A stretch of 62,932 nt of DNA, counting the filler, from Octopus bimaculoides (lineage: Eukaryota), in assembly GCF_001194135.2 (NCBI RefSeq). It is 6 parts of 5 records of this genome, joined end to end, with 100 filler letters (N's around TTAATTAATTAA, not from the genome) between each part and the next. Parts side by side here need not be neighbours in the genome. Positions count along the whole stretch, not along the records: positions 1 to 15,061 come from NC_068983.1; positions 15,162 to 19,963 come from NC_068990.1; positions 20,064 to 38,423 come from NC_068989.1; 3 more parts are not named here. The stretch is one strand, 5' to 3'. Shown here in pieces: positions 12,899 through 25,569 of the stretch. The first letter of the stretch is position 1; the number at the start of each line of letters is the position of its first letter. The translations under genes and the position numbers were made by a program. The notes beneath the pieces were generated by a model. The model worked only from the letters and a program-made list of their open reading frames with translations, was not told the origin of the DNA and did not search any database.

Positions 12899-13206
12899 CT
12901 GATGATGTCTTGAGCTAACTGGATCCTAATCCACCAAGGGAAGGTATGTCAGAAGAAAGTAATTCAACAACATGGGTTGATGAACCGTAAGATGTGTGGC
13001 CAGAACCTCCAGGAAAATAACCATAGCGAGGGACATTCCACAGTTGAATTAGAACAGTCACAAACAGTGAAAGAAGACATGCACCCAACACCAGAGCTGA
13101 AGACACCTCCGAAAGGAGGGGCCCCGCCACGTCAAAACAGTAGAGGAGTAGGGGCCGAAACCGGACGTGGTTCCTACTGATGATGTCTTGAGCTAACTGG
13201 ATCCTA
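12899..13206 (+). repeat. Perfect 30-bp direct repeat CTGATGATGTCTTGAGCTAACTGGATCCTA (12899-12928 and 13177-13206)
   Basis: The two copies are identical, with a period of 278 bp, and bracket a GC-richer segment. Confidence 0.9.
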
Positions 13207-13397
13207 TAAAGGAGCTGTTGTGGTAGCAGACCACGAAACATGGTTGAAATTCCTAATATTACATAGATACAATAATCATAATTACGGTATTTTTTTTCAA
13301 ATTACCCACAACTTATAAACGTCACTACTACTACTACTACAATATCTTCTACTTATTAGAGTGGGCTGGTATCCCACTGACTCCACTTCCTACTCAC

Positions 13398-13577
13398 TTG
13401 TCTTTCTTCTTCTCATAATCCATGATATACCTGCTCTTAAGTTCTATACAATCTCTTAAGTGCAGTCCTTCTTTCCCAGAACAACATGTCCCTGGAATTA
13501 CGTTCACACAGCTACAAACATGCAAAAGTTTAAACAAAATGGTAAAGGCATCACTTTTGCAGAGGTACAACCTTTTT
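13398..13577 (-). CDS. Candidate internal coding exon (180 nt, phase 2-2) of an unidentified gene: KRLYLCKSDAFTILFKLLHVCSCVNVIPGTCCSGKEGLHLRDCIELKSRYIMDYEKKKD
   Basis: T-rich acceptor TTTTTTTTTAGCTTTTAG| and donor AA|GTGAGTA. Only one frame is open, the length is a multiple of 3, the sequence is non-repetitive and the composition is protein-like. Confidence 0.55.
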
Positions 13578-14091
13578 CTAAAAGCTAAAAAAAAAACGCC
13601 ATAAAACATGAGGGAAAAATAATCCAGGGAAACATTTGTATACTAAATATAACTATGGTAGGGCCTTACATACGTAATATAGTGCGTTGAAAGTCTTCAA
13701 TTAACTGAGATTATGAAAGTTATCAGTAGACAAACTTCCAATTACTTGGATTAGTTGTAATTAGGCTTGAGACAGACTTCAACTTTAATTATACAAATTA
13801 AACAAATTAATGAAATGAACACTAATTTTCAAAATGAAAATATTTATTAGATAAAAATGAAATCAAATAAGATAAATTTCTAATTTGATTATTTGCAATA
13901 GATATGTTATCAAAAACAATAATACTGTCTAAGTATTAATTAATTACCAACATTGGCAAAAGTATGTTCCCAACATTACTAAACACATGCCAATATTACA
14001 AGCTAGTCAAAGGAGATAAATTCAATAAGGTTAGAGTTATCTCTGTTTGGGAGATAGCTAAACAGAGAGACTGAGTGACAAACTGCTAATA

Positions 14092-14228
14092 TTGGGTCAT
14101 CCCATAAATAATGCTGTTTTTTCAATTGCATGAACTAAAAGTCAGAGGGGGATGGGATAAACTACCTGCATCAACTTGCTATAAAAGCAGGTAGTAATTT
14201 TACCTTGTACTTATTCTTAGTGCAAGTC
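14092..14228 (+). mobile_element. Isolated 5' end (TIR and 5' UTR) of the mariner family found at 40078-41101
   Basis: TA|TTGGGTCATCCCATAAATAATGC...GGATAAACTACCTGCATCAACTTGCTATAAAAGCAGGTAGTAATTTTACC matches the reverse complement of ~40965-41101. Confidence 0.85.
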
Positions 14229-14818
14229 TTTTGTCGTGTGAATGTTTTTCCAGTGCTTCCTGTGCCATTTGTTGGACTGTTATATTGTTGCGGTGAGTTG
14301 GTGTTGTTTTTGCGATTGTTTTTGTTGAAGGACTGTCTATTGCTTCATTGAAGCGGCTTGTTTTCAATTCCCCCCTGCAGGGGAATTATTGTTGAACTTA
14401 TTATTGTGCAGCTTTGAGCCAATTCTGTGGGACATAAGTCCAAATTTTTCTGTGTTAGGCATTTTGCTGTAAATTGCATTTTATTTAAAAAAAAACAAAC
14501 AAAGCAACAACAAAATCATAGAGTCACCATTGAGTTCAATGGACTCGCCAAACAATTTTATTATTGATATGCCTGTTTTTGTAACAGGTGAAGAAGAAAA
14601 AACACCGGCAGTGTTGCCAAAAAAGTTAAACTTTGCAGAGGCAGCAGGAAAGAAAGAAAGAGAAATTAAGAATAATTTAAAGAAGTTTATGTCGATGTTA
14701 AAAAAGGAGGGAATGGAAATGCAAGAAAACAATAGAATTGAATGAAGTTTTAAAAGAAAAAAGTTATGAGTGTTTGTTTCTCAAATTTGAGTTCTATACT
14801 TTTTTATGAATATAGTTC

Positions 14819-14961
14819 TAGGAAGGGCATCCAGCTGTAGAAACTCTGCCAAATCAGATTGGAGGCTGGTGTTGCCATCCGGTTTCACCAGTCCTCAGTC
14901 AAATCGTCTAACCCATGCTAGCATGGAAAGCGGATGTTAAACAGCGATGATGATGATGATG
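14819..14961 (+). mobile_element. 5'-truncated SINE/LINE tail, near-identical to 12-156
   Basis: Direct alignment by eye; ends in (GAT)n. Confidence 0.75.
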
Positions 14962-15161
14962 AAGAGGACTTTTTTTTATATATGTCACCGACATCATTGA
15001 CGTAAGGAAAAAAATTATCAATGACACCACTAATTGACACATTTGACACATTATTAATTAGNNNNNNNNNNNNNNNNNNNNNNNNNNNNNNNNNNNNNNN
15101 NNNNNTTAATTAATTAANNNNNNNNNNNNNNNNNNNNNNNNNNNNNNNNNNNNNNNNNNNN

Positions 15162-16075
15162 TATATATATATATATATATATGTGAGAAATTCTGTCTGT
15201 GGGTGTGTTTGTGAAGTTGTTAGCTAACTCCTCCTATATCGTTTTCTCGATTTTGATGAAACTTGTCACGTGCGTAACACTCATGTTTGGAAACCTCATG
15301 GCATATTCAGATTGTTTAAACAAATCGATGATAGGTAACCTGGAAGGGATCCTTATATACATCTAATATATTTCATTTTAACATCTAAGGGAAATAATCC
15401 ATTTACCCAGATTTTAACAGCCAAGAGAAATATCGCATTCATTTTCCTAAATCATTTGGTATAAATAAAATTGTGTATGCTTATTTATTAGTATTTGAAC
15501 TGTTAGAGTTATTTTCACAATTTATTCACTACAGCCGTTAAACAAATAAATAGTATTTTCCTAAACAATAGATCTACTTATTTCGGTTATTAAGTTATTC
15601 ACGAATATAACTACACTAACGCCGCTGAAGGTAATATTTTCTGGGAACACACAAAACCCCTTTTCATGGTTATTTACTTTGAATTGTTATTATCTCATAA
15701 CTGAATAGCTTGTTATTACGTCACACGCTTCACGATTTTTTAATGTATAACCTATTAGTGTTTCCTTCTATGTTCTATATACGCTGGGAACGCATTAAAG
15801 CCCTTTTCGTGGCTACTTTATTTGAATTTTTACTATCGAGTAAGTAATTTCATGTTATTACATAACTGGCATCACTATTGGGGTATTCATAACTTATTGG
15901 GAATTCCAAAATGCAAGATTCTGTGTAAGACAGTTCGGTGTTCTATGTAAACGTACAAAAACCGTTTTAAGGGTGACATACATTGTATTGTTGATATTGG
16001 ATTAGCGAAACAATTATGAGAATGGAACAAAGTGAAAGCCCTGCTTTCCCGGGAATTGCCGGGTACGTCAGCTAG
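15162..16075 (+). mobile_element. Non-autonomous Helitron-like element
   Basis: The 3' end has the hairpin CCCGG-GAATTG-CCGGG (16048-16063), 8 nt upstream of CTAG (16072-16075). The 5' part has a TA run, CTGTCTGTGGGTGTGTTTGTG and GATTTTGATGAAACTTG motifs, typical of Helitron/HINE-like elements. Confidence 0.65.
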
Positions 16076-16082
16076 CATATAT

Positions 16083-16121
<39 letters not shown>

Positions 16122-16792
16122 NNNNNNNNNNNNNNNNNNNNNNNNNNNNNNNNNNNNNNNNNNNNNNNNNNNNNNNNNNNNNNNNNNNNNNNNNNNNNNN
16201 NNNNNNNNNNNNNNNNNNNNNNNNNNNNNNNNNNNNNNNNNNNNNNNNNNNNNNNNNNNNNNNNNNNNNNNNNNNNNNNNNNNNNNNNNNNNNNNNNNNN
16301 NNNNNNNNNNNNNNNNNNNNNNNNNNNNNNNNNNNNNNNNNNNNNNNNNNNNNNNNNNNNNNNNNNNNNNNNNNNNNNNNNNNNNNNNNNNNNNNNNNNN
16401 NNNNNNNNNNNNNNNNNNNNNNNNNNNNNNNNNNNNNNNNNNNNNNNNNNNNNNNNNNNNNNNNNNNNNNNNNNNNNNNNNNNNNNNNNNNNNNNNNNNN
16501 NNNNNNNNNNNNNNNNNNNNNNNNNNNNNNNNNNNNNNNNNNNNNNNNNNNNNNNNNNNNNNNNNNNNNNNNNNNNNNNNNNNNNNNNNNNNNNNNNNNN
16601 NNNNNNNNNNNNNNNNNNNNNNNNNNNNNNNNNNNNNNNNNNNNNNNNNNNNNNNNNNNNNNNNNNNNNNNNNNNNNNNNNNNNNNNNNNNNNNNNNNNN
16701 NNNNNNNNNNNNNNNNNNNNNNNNNNNNNNNNNNNNNNNNNNNNNNNNNNNNNNNNNNNNNNNNNNNNNNNNNNNNNNNNNNNNNNNNNNNN

Positions 16793-16829
<37 letters not shown>

Positions 16830-16874
16830 ACACATATAGAGAAATACATGCATGACTTTGTACCTTTGTATATA

Positions 16875-16915
<41 letters not shown>

Positions 16916-17564
16916 ATATGTGAATAGGAGTATGTTCGCGTTTCTTTAATACTGAATTTAATATCTTTCAAACAGCTTGTTAGGAGGCAGCAAACTTTCG
17001 AGTTTATGGGCGTGTTAATATGTGTACGCACTTATATATGCGTGTGTGTGCGAAGGAGCATTCGTTAGTGTGTGACATCGTGTCATTGCCCACCCACCAC
17101 CATTAAACTTCTCTCCATGTATCCTCTATTCTTAACAATTTACAGAATATTATATGAACAATATTCCTTCCTCCTTCTTTTCTTTCATTCTTCTCTTTCT
17201 TTCTTTCTTTCTTGCTTTCTGTCTTCCATTCTTACATTTTTCTCGTCAAATGGAGAATTTCTATATTATTGAGATTATTATTTCCTGAGATTTTTCTTTT
17301 CCCCTATACAACAGTTTTTCCTGTGCATTTCCTCTTCACCCTCACACCTCATTCGCCTATCACCCTCGCCCCTCACTCTAATTCTACTTCACAACAGTTG
17401 TTTTTTCCTCTCCCTATCTCTATCTATCTCTGTCTCTCTTTTTCCAACAATATTCACAATCATTGCTTCTCCACTTCAGCTAAAATATCTACACCCTCTT
17501 TAACCAGACACTCACCGACATTGAAGCAATTGCATATACACATTCATTAAATTTCTCTAAGTGT

Positions 17565-17598
<34 letters not shown>

Positions 17599-19530
17599 GC
17601 TTATATATACTCATATATATGTATATATATGTATAAATATATATATGCATATACATACATGTATATATGTATGCATATATGTATATATACATACATTTAT
17701 ATATATNNNNNNNNNNNNNNNNNNNNNNNNNNNNNNNNNNNNNNNNNNNNNNNNNNNNNNNNNNNNNNNNNNNNNNNNNNNNNNNNNNNNNNNNNNNNNN
17801 NNNNNNNNNNNNNNNNNNNNNNNNNNNNNNNNNNNNNNNNNNNNNNNNNNNNNNNNNNNNNNNNNNNNNNNNNNNNNNNNNNNNNNNNNNNNNNNNNNNN
17901 NNNNNNNNNNNNNNNNNNNNNNNNNNNNNNNNNNNNNNNNNNNNNNNNNNNNNNNNNNNNNNNNNNNNNNNNNNNNNNNNNNNNNNNNNNNNNNNNNNNN
18001 NNNNNNNNNNNNNNNNNNNNNNNNNNNNNNNNNNNNNNNNNNNNNNNNNNNNNNNNNNNNNNNNNNNNNNNNNNNNNNNNNNNNNNNNNNNNNNNNNNNN
18101 NNNNNNNNNNNNNNNNNNNNNNNNNNNNNNNNNNNNNNNNNNNNNNNNNNNNNNNNNNNNNNNNNNNNNNNNNNNNNNNNNNNNNNNNNNNNNNNNNNNN
18201 NNNNNNNNNNNNNNNNNNNNNNNNNNNNNNNNNNNNNNNNNNNNNNNNNNNNNNNNNNNNNNNNNNNNNNNNNNNNNNNNNNNNNNNNNNNNNNNNNNNN
18301 NNNNNNNNNNNNNNNNNNNNNNNNNNNNNNNNNNNNNNNNNNNNNNNNNNNNNNNNNNNNNNNNNNNNNNNNNNNNNNNNNNNNNNNNNNNNNNNNNNNN
18401 NNNNNNNNNNNNNNNNNNNNNNNNNNNNNNNNNNNNNNNNNNNNNNNNNNNNNNNNNNNNNNNNNNNNNNNNNNNNNNNNNNNNNNNNNNNNNNNNNNNN
18501 NNNNNNNNNNNNNNNNNNNNNNNNNNNNNNNNNNNNNNNNNNNNNNNNNNNNNNNNNNNNNNNNNNNNNNNNNNNNNNNNNNNNNNNNNNNNNNNNNNNN
18601 NNNNNNNNNNNNNNNNNNNNNNNNNNNNNNNNNNNNNNNNNNNNNNNNNNNNNNNNNNNNNNNNNNNNTATATATATATGCATATATATATATATATATA
18701 TATATATAAGTGCACACACTGATATATATGTGTGTGTGTGCGTGTACATGAACACATAAACATACGTATGTATACGTATGTTTATGCATTTGTATACACA
18801 CACACACACGCACATATATATATATACATATATATACGACGTATATATATATATAAGCTACGTACGTTTCTGCATACATGACACTTTTTGCTATCAATGT
18901 TGTTTGCCACTTAATACATACACGTCTATTAAATTTTTAGTATTTGCGAATAATGGTTCTCTTGGTGTTAAAGCGCAATACATTTGCTCATTAAACAGAT
19001 GAAAAAAAAGGAAAATTAAAAATATTAGAGAATACTCAATAAAAACGAAAACCATCTTGAAATAACTACAACAACAACAACGACAACAATTCCGAAATTC
19101 CATAATAATAACTAAAAATAAAAAATCATGGCGATAAACAAAAATGATTAAGTAAAAGCCAAAAAAAACCAACACATTTCAAAATCGTTATGTCACTTCT
19201 GTCTTCCACTGCTCTGTCTTGAAAATTTCATATTCACAACGACTCTATGGCCGTTATCGTCTTATACTTTCAAAGACCGTTCGCGATACTTCGATGTACT
19301 CGAATTCGTTTTATTCTTTCTTTCATTCTTTCCTTTTCCCTTTGTTAGTTTATCTGTTTGTTTGTTTCGTTCTTTATCTGTTTCTTTCTCTCTTTCAGCA
19401 CGAGTATCTTTCATTAAAATTGTGTCTATGCTCGTGCTTATGTGTTTGCTTGTGTGAAATATATGTACGTATGTATGTATATATTTCATATATGTATATA
19501 TGTATGCATGGATGTGTCTCTCTCTCTCAG

Positions 19531-19564
<34 letters not shown>

Positions 19565-19633
19565 CCTCTCCCTCTCTGTCTCTCTCTGTCTCTCTCTCTC
19601 TCCCTCTGTCATATATATATATATATATATATA

Positions 19634-19858
19634 CAGTAGTCCCTCGACTATCGCGGGTGTTGCGTTCCAAAACCCCCCTCGATAGGTGAAAATCCGCGAA
19701 GTAGAAACAGTAGTACACTGTATATATTTTTTATTATTGTTTTTATAATTTGTATATATTTCTTTTATTATAACTTCAAAGCAACAACACGGAGGAATCG
19801 ATGTAAGCATAAGTAATAAACCTTGATAGTTCATCTGCGATAGGGCGAGGGATTGGTG
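19634..19858. mobile_element. pogo/Tigger-type MITE
   Basis: TA|CAGTAGTCCCTCGACTATCGCGG left TIR; degenerate right TIR CTGCGATAGGGCGAGGGATTGGTG. The same TIR family occurs at 48620-48688. Confidence 0.75.
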
Positions 19859-19926
19859 TGTATATATGTGTGTGTGTTTGTGAGTGTGTGTGTGTGTGCG
19901 TTCTTGTGTGTGTGTGTGTGTGTATG

Positions 19927-19963
<37 letters not shown>

Positions 19964-21150
19964 NNNNNNNNNNNNNNNNNNNNNNNNNNNNNNNNNNNNN
20001 NNNNNNNTTAATTAATTAANNNNNNNNNNNNNNNNNNNNNNNNNNNNNNNNNNNNNNNNNNNNATATATATATATATATATATATATGTATGCATGTATG
20101 TATGTATGTATTTATGTACGTATGTATGTATGTATGTATGTATGTATGTATATATAAAATACAACAATATTGTACGGTTGCAAATATTGTTAAGGAATAA
20201 TTGAATCACAAGAATAATTTCAAGAGAATTCAGAATAAAGGAGCCAATATATTTTATAAAATTGAAAAATTACTTATTCTAATGGACTTTTTCAAATAAT
20301 TCTAATAGAATATCAGCAACTCATTTTTATGTTACAATTCGTAAAGGGAATTTGAAAATTATTGTACTTTTTTATTGTATGAATCTATTTGGAAATGCAG
20401 AAAAAGAATCTCCGTAGCAAGAAAACAGAAAATAATGTTCTCAGAAGTAAGGACGCTTGGTGTCTACACTCATCTAACTTTCCTTGACAGTTTTGTGCCT
20501 AATTATGTTGCCATTTGTTGAAGATCTGAACATTCTTGAAACATGTTTTTCTACATTTCTATTTCAAATATTTCAGATCTGATTTGATATTTTATTCTAA
20601 GTTTTCAGAATGAGATATTTTCTCAAGTCTAGTGTTTTATGCAGTGTCTCTAGCTGTAGTAGTTACTCCCAACACATTAGCCTTACCCACTAGGAAGATA
20701 CAGATATACAGAGAAACGTCACTTCTTCTGGAAGATCAGACAACGAAAGTATACGAACATTGATGAAAGATTTGTGAAGGATTGGTGAAATATACAGTTC
20801 CAAACAAACAATATATATTTGCAAATGTTTAATATACGTGCATACATACACACAGCTCGCATGCGTACACACAAACATACGCACACTGAAGCACACACAT
20901 ACATTTTCTAATTAACACATGTCCCACAGAGATTAAGTCTGTTGACTATGACTTTTCACCATTTCCACTTCTGGACCAAAATCTTTAGTACATTGCAAGT
21001 GTAACCGTGTGGTGAGGCGTTTGCCTTGTTTCGAAACGCTTCACTCACATTACCAATCTAGATCTCCGGCCTAAATATATATCCATGGATATTCATATTG
21101 CTTATGTAAATACAGGTGTTAGAAGTAATTTTGCTTATGCAAATATTAAC

Positions 21151-21238
<88 letters not shown>

Positions 21239-22284
21239 CTCTCTCTCTATATATATATATATTTACATACATGCACGTATACACACAAGCATACATACAT
21301 GCACATATACATACATACACATATTCATACATGCACAGACATGCGTTTCTGTGTGTATGGGTTTATCAAAATGATGAAACGAACGAAATGTTGCTAATAA
21401 ACAAGAGAAGAAAGTAATTTAATTTTATGCTGTACGGATGGAATGTATTTCAATTCAACTTTTGACGTTTGTTCTCCGTCGCGAAAAAGGCTATAAAGTG
21501 ATATGATGGATATTTGACGTAAGTAAAAGAACTGAATGTTGTCTCATCACGTCAGGCATTTTTACTCAATAGTGATAATGGCCGAGAAGTGTGATGGATG
21601 TATATATAATATGAGTGCGTATCTTTATGCATAGAGTATACAAGAATATGGTCTTTGTGATGTGTATGTATGTGTGTGTGCGTGTGTGTATAGTGAAGTA
21701 TATAAATCACGAAGAACCAGATTCGGTTTTAAAATAGATAAAAGCAAGGTTGTACAGATATGTATGGTATAACAATACGGTTTAATTATTCAGTTTTGTT
21801 CATTCCACTAACCATTATCCAACACGCTTCTTTATATTTCTTTTCTTGACAAAATACTCTACTCCATCTCTGCTAGAAAACATCTTGCTCTATTTCTTCC
21901 ATTGGCCATTAGCCTATAATGATTATTTACATTGTTGAAGAGTTACAGTCCGAATCTGGTTCTTTCCTACTGTGTGAAGTGAGTTACTTTGTATTTCTGT
22001 CTGTATTAATATTTCGTTTCTCTGATCTTTTGTATAAATTAGCAATACTTTGACACAGACAGTGCCTCTAGAATAAACTAGATTCAATTAATATAATGCT
22101 ACTATGCAAATTTTCAACGATCTTACTGTTATCTATGATAGTATTCAACCACTCTCTTCACGATTTACATGTATTTTATATACGCAAAATGTTATAAATA
22201 ATACATATTCGTAAAAAAAAGCGCACAAGACAGCATACACATACAAAAGAAAGTATTATATATATATATATATATATAATTATT

Positions 22285-22317
<33 letters not shown>

Positions 22318-24111
22318 CCTTCGTAACAAAGTGTAGGTAAAAATGCACTGGAGTCTTTGGTCATCTGTGAAGTCACAACAAGGGCCTCAGACAGATAATA
22401 CTTTCCTTAAGATGTGCACTGTGCCCAATAAGGCTGCTGTTTGCCAGACATCATTGCATGGGATTTCCAGTTGCCTTGAGGAGTCTTGAAGTTTCAATGG
22501 GATTGAAGCCAACGCTCCGATCACCACTTGTATCATTTATACATTACCCTCTCGTATTCCATACAGTCTTGCCATTTCCACTTTCAATTCGGAGTACTTG
22601 GTGATTTTTTTCAAACTCTTTACTCACAACATTCATGTCATTTGGTAGGACTACATCAACGATCTGACAGTATTTGTCTCTCTTATTCAATATTACAATA
22701 TCCGGCCGACGGTGTTCGGTTACACGATCCATCTGAAAATCATAGTCCCAGAGTATCGTTACTTTTCCATCCTTCTGCATAACTTTACTTGGTACATGCT
22801 CATACCAGTTCTCTGTTACTTCATATTGGTATTTACGGCATAAGACCCAATGAAGGTACACACACTTTATCGTGGCGGCGCTTATATTCTTTTAGTGCAA
22901 AGCTCTAACATCCACTTACCAAGTGGGTCACATTTTCTCCATTCTTTCCACAGTCTGCATTTCTGGGTGTCAGAAGTTTTATAGATGATGTTATACTTCA
23001 CTGAATCGGTAGCGAGAGCCTGGTCTTGTGCAGCAATGATCAGGCTTTCGGTGGAACGCTTCAAATCACTTCGCTCAAGTAATGCCCACGCTGCTGTATT
23101 ATCCTCAATGTCCTCTGTATTCCATTCAAACTGTCCATGTATTCTCATTTCAAGAAAGTCTTGTTTTCTCTTCTCCTCAGCTTTTCGGTTAAACTCTTTC
23201 TTGCCCATGATTTCATTTGCATTTATACCCATATCTTTTAGGGCATATTGCAGCAGGTTTTCTCACTATTTATCAAATACTCGGGAAGCGTTCTCCTTTC
23301 ACTCCTTATAAAATAGTCAATGCTACCACCATTCTTTCTACCACCAATGGTCTCTTCCACCATTCTTTCTTTTCATATACAGTCTGTTTACGTTTGCTTT
23401 ATGGTGTAGCGCCCCATGTTGCGTCATCAACTTTCTCATCCTTCTATCCAGTGTTAATATTCTCTCCTTAGTCCATTTGAGGATGGACGCACTAATCTGA
23501 TCACCGCAACTGCCCAGATATTCATTGCAGCAATCAAATTTTTGGTATTCAGGTTGGATTTTAACACCATCTTCACCCTTTTTAATAACCCTCGCTGACC
23601 TTGACTTTCATTTCTCTGTGTAGAATGTCATCCAGCTCCAAAATCCCTAAATATCTATAACCACTAGCGTCGGGTTCACCCATGGTCTCTTCTGATGGTA
23701 ACCGCAATCCACTGCAGGCTGCTTCCTTCCCTCTTTTTATATTAAGTACTGAGCATTTGATAATCGCAAATCCCATACCGATGTCCCTAGCATACGTCTG
23801 GACTGTTTTGGTTGAGGAATCTATCTGTTTTTCAAATTTCCCAACCAATTTCAGGTCATCCATAAACAGAAGATGGTTCATTGATGGGCCTTTCTTCCTA
23901 CATCGGAAACCTATCTTAACTTTCCTAATTGTCATTGCTATGGGTATTATTACAATTACAAATAGTAACGGAGAAAACGAATCACTTTGGAAGATGCCCA
24001 TTTTAATATTAACTTCTCCAAGGGATACATTACTTGAGTAGAATTTGGTTTTCCACTTTTCCACGCTATGCATCAGGAAATTTGTGATATTGTCAACAAC
24101 ACCAAACGTCT
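22318..24111 (-). mobile_element. R4/Dong-clade non-LTR retrotransposon, 5'-truncated (RT, CCHC zinc finger, REL endonuclease), decayed
   Basis: GIFQSDSFSPLLF and NHLLFMDDLKL (RT); ESLIIAAQDQAL..KCRL (zinc-finger region); TILWDYDFQMDRVTEHRRPDIVI...IVDV (REL); C-terminus LLGTVHILRKVLSV*. Flanked on both sides by (TAT)n(TGT)n. Confidence 0.9.
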
Positions 24112-25569
24112 ATTATTATTATTATTGCTGTTGTTGTTGTTGTTGTTGTTATTGTTATTTGAAACAGTTTGATTTAGCCATTAGGCTTCTTACAGAACCA
24201 TAGTCCTCGGGTTGTATTAAACCAATGGAGAAATGCTGGAAGTCCAAGATAGCTACCGAAAACTAGGCTGCCATTGGTCCATGTGGGTTGCATGGTATTA
24301 TTAGAATGATATTATTAGAATGATATCGACATTTCAGCTACAGTAGACCAATTAAAAAGATGGACAAGCAGCAGGTGGAGCCTTATCTGGCCGGTCTCTG
24401 AAGGGACATGCGGGTCATCAAATACATGGCTCGCGAGGGTGTATCTGTTTAGTTATGGATGAGTGTGTAAATATGAGTGTCTAATCGCTATGCTTGTGTA
24501 TCAGCCATGTGAGTACACGCGTGCGAAATATGTGGGTTGGCTCTGTATATCAGCTGCATGCATAAGAGTTGTATGACTCTGTGTGTATGTGTGTGCGTGT
24601 GTGTGTGCGTGCGTGTATGTGTGCATGCGTGTGTTTGTGTGTGTGTGTATGTGTGTATGTGCGAATATGTGTGCGTTAGTGCCTACTGCATATGCCTGTG
24701 CGTGCAAAAGTGTTCAAGATGCATGTATTGTTGTGTGTGCAAGCATATGGATGATTACTGAAAGTGGATTTGTACAGTTCTGTATTTATATGTGTATGCA
24801 TTAATGTGTGCTTGTTTGTCTTGACAAAACAACTATGGGTGCTTGTATTTTTATCTGGTATGTGCGTTTGTGTGTACATATATATTCATGCTTTTGGAAT
24901 TTGTTTGTGAGGGCATGACAAATGTATTCTAGTGTGATTGGAGCAGCGCTGTTGAGGTAGAGGATTTAGCGTTGGACTGGAGCTTGGTTGTGTCAGGGAT
25001 AGAAACATGCATACGTACATAGATGTATGTGTGTATGGATTCGCACGTGAGCACACCCAGGTATATGCAGACGAACATTGTGGGTTACAGGGTATGCATG
25101 TGTTTGGAAGATCAACCTGTGATCTGCGAAGGAATGTTAGCATCTGTTGTAGTGAGCAATGTTTGAAACGATGTTGTCTGAAGAAGAGTAGCCCACCTTG
25201 ACGTTATATGCGTTGAAAGACTCATGGTACTTATGACTCCTTTGGAAATGATTCTTAATCAAATGCCGGAAGCTCATAGCTATGTTCGTTTGGTTACAGG
25301 ATATTATGGAATTTCACCATAAAGACTGATTATACCATAATCCCACTGCATGGCACCTTGGGCAAGAGGCAAGCCTCGGGCCGCCCAAAGCTTAGTGAGT
25401 GGATTTTGTAGGTAGAAACTGAAGTATATGTATGTATATATATACATATATATATGTGCGTGTGCGTGTGTGTTTGTGTGTGCGTATGTCTTTGTGTCTG
25501 TGTTAGTCCCCCACTACACTGTTTGACAACTGGTGTTGGGACAGTAATGAAAAAGTTGAAACAGCGTTT

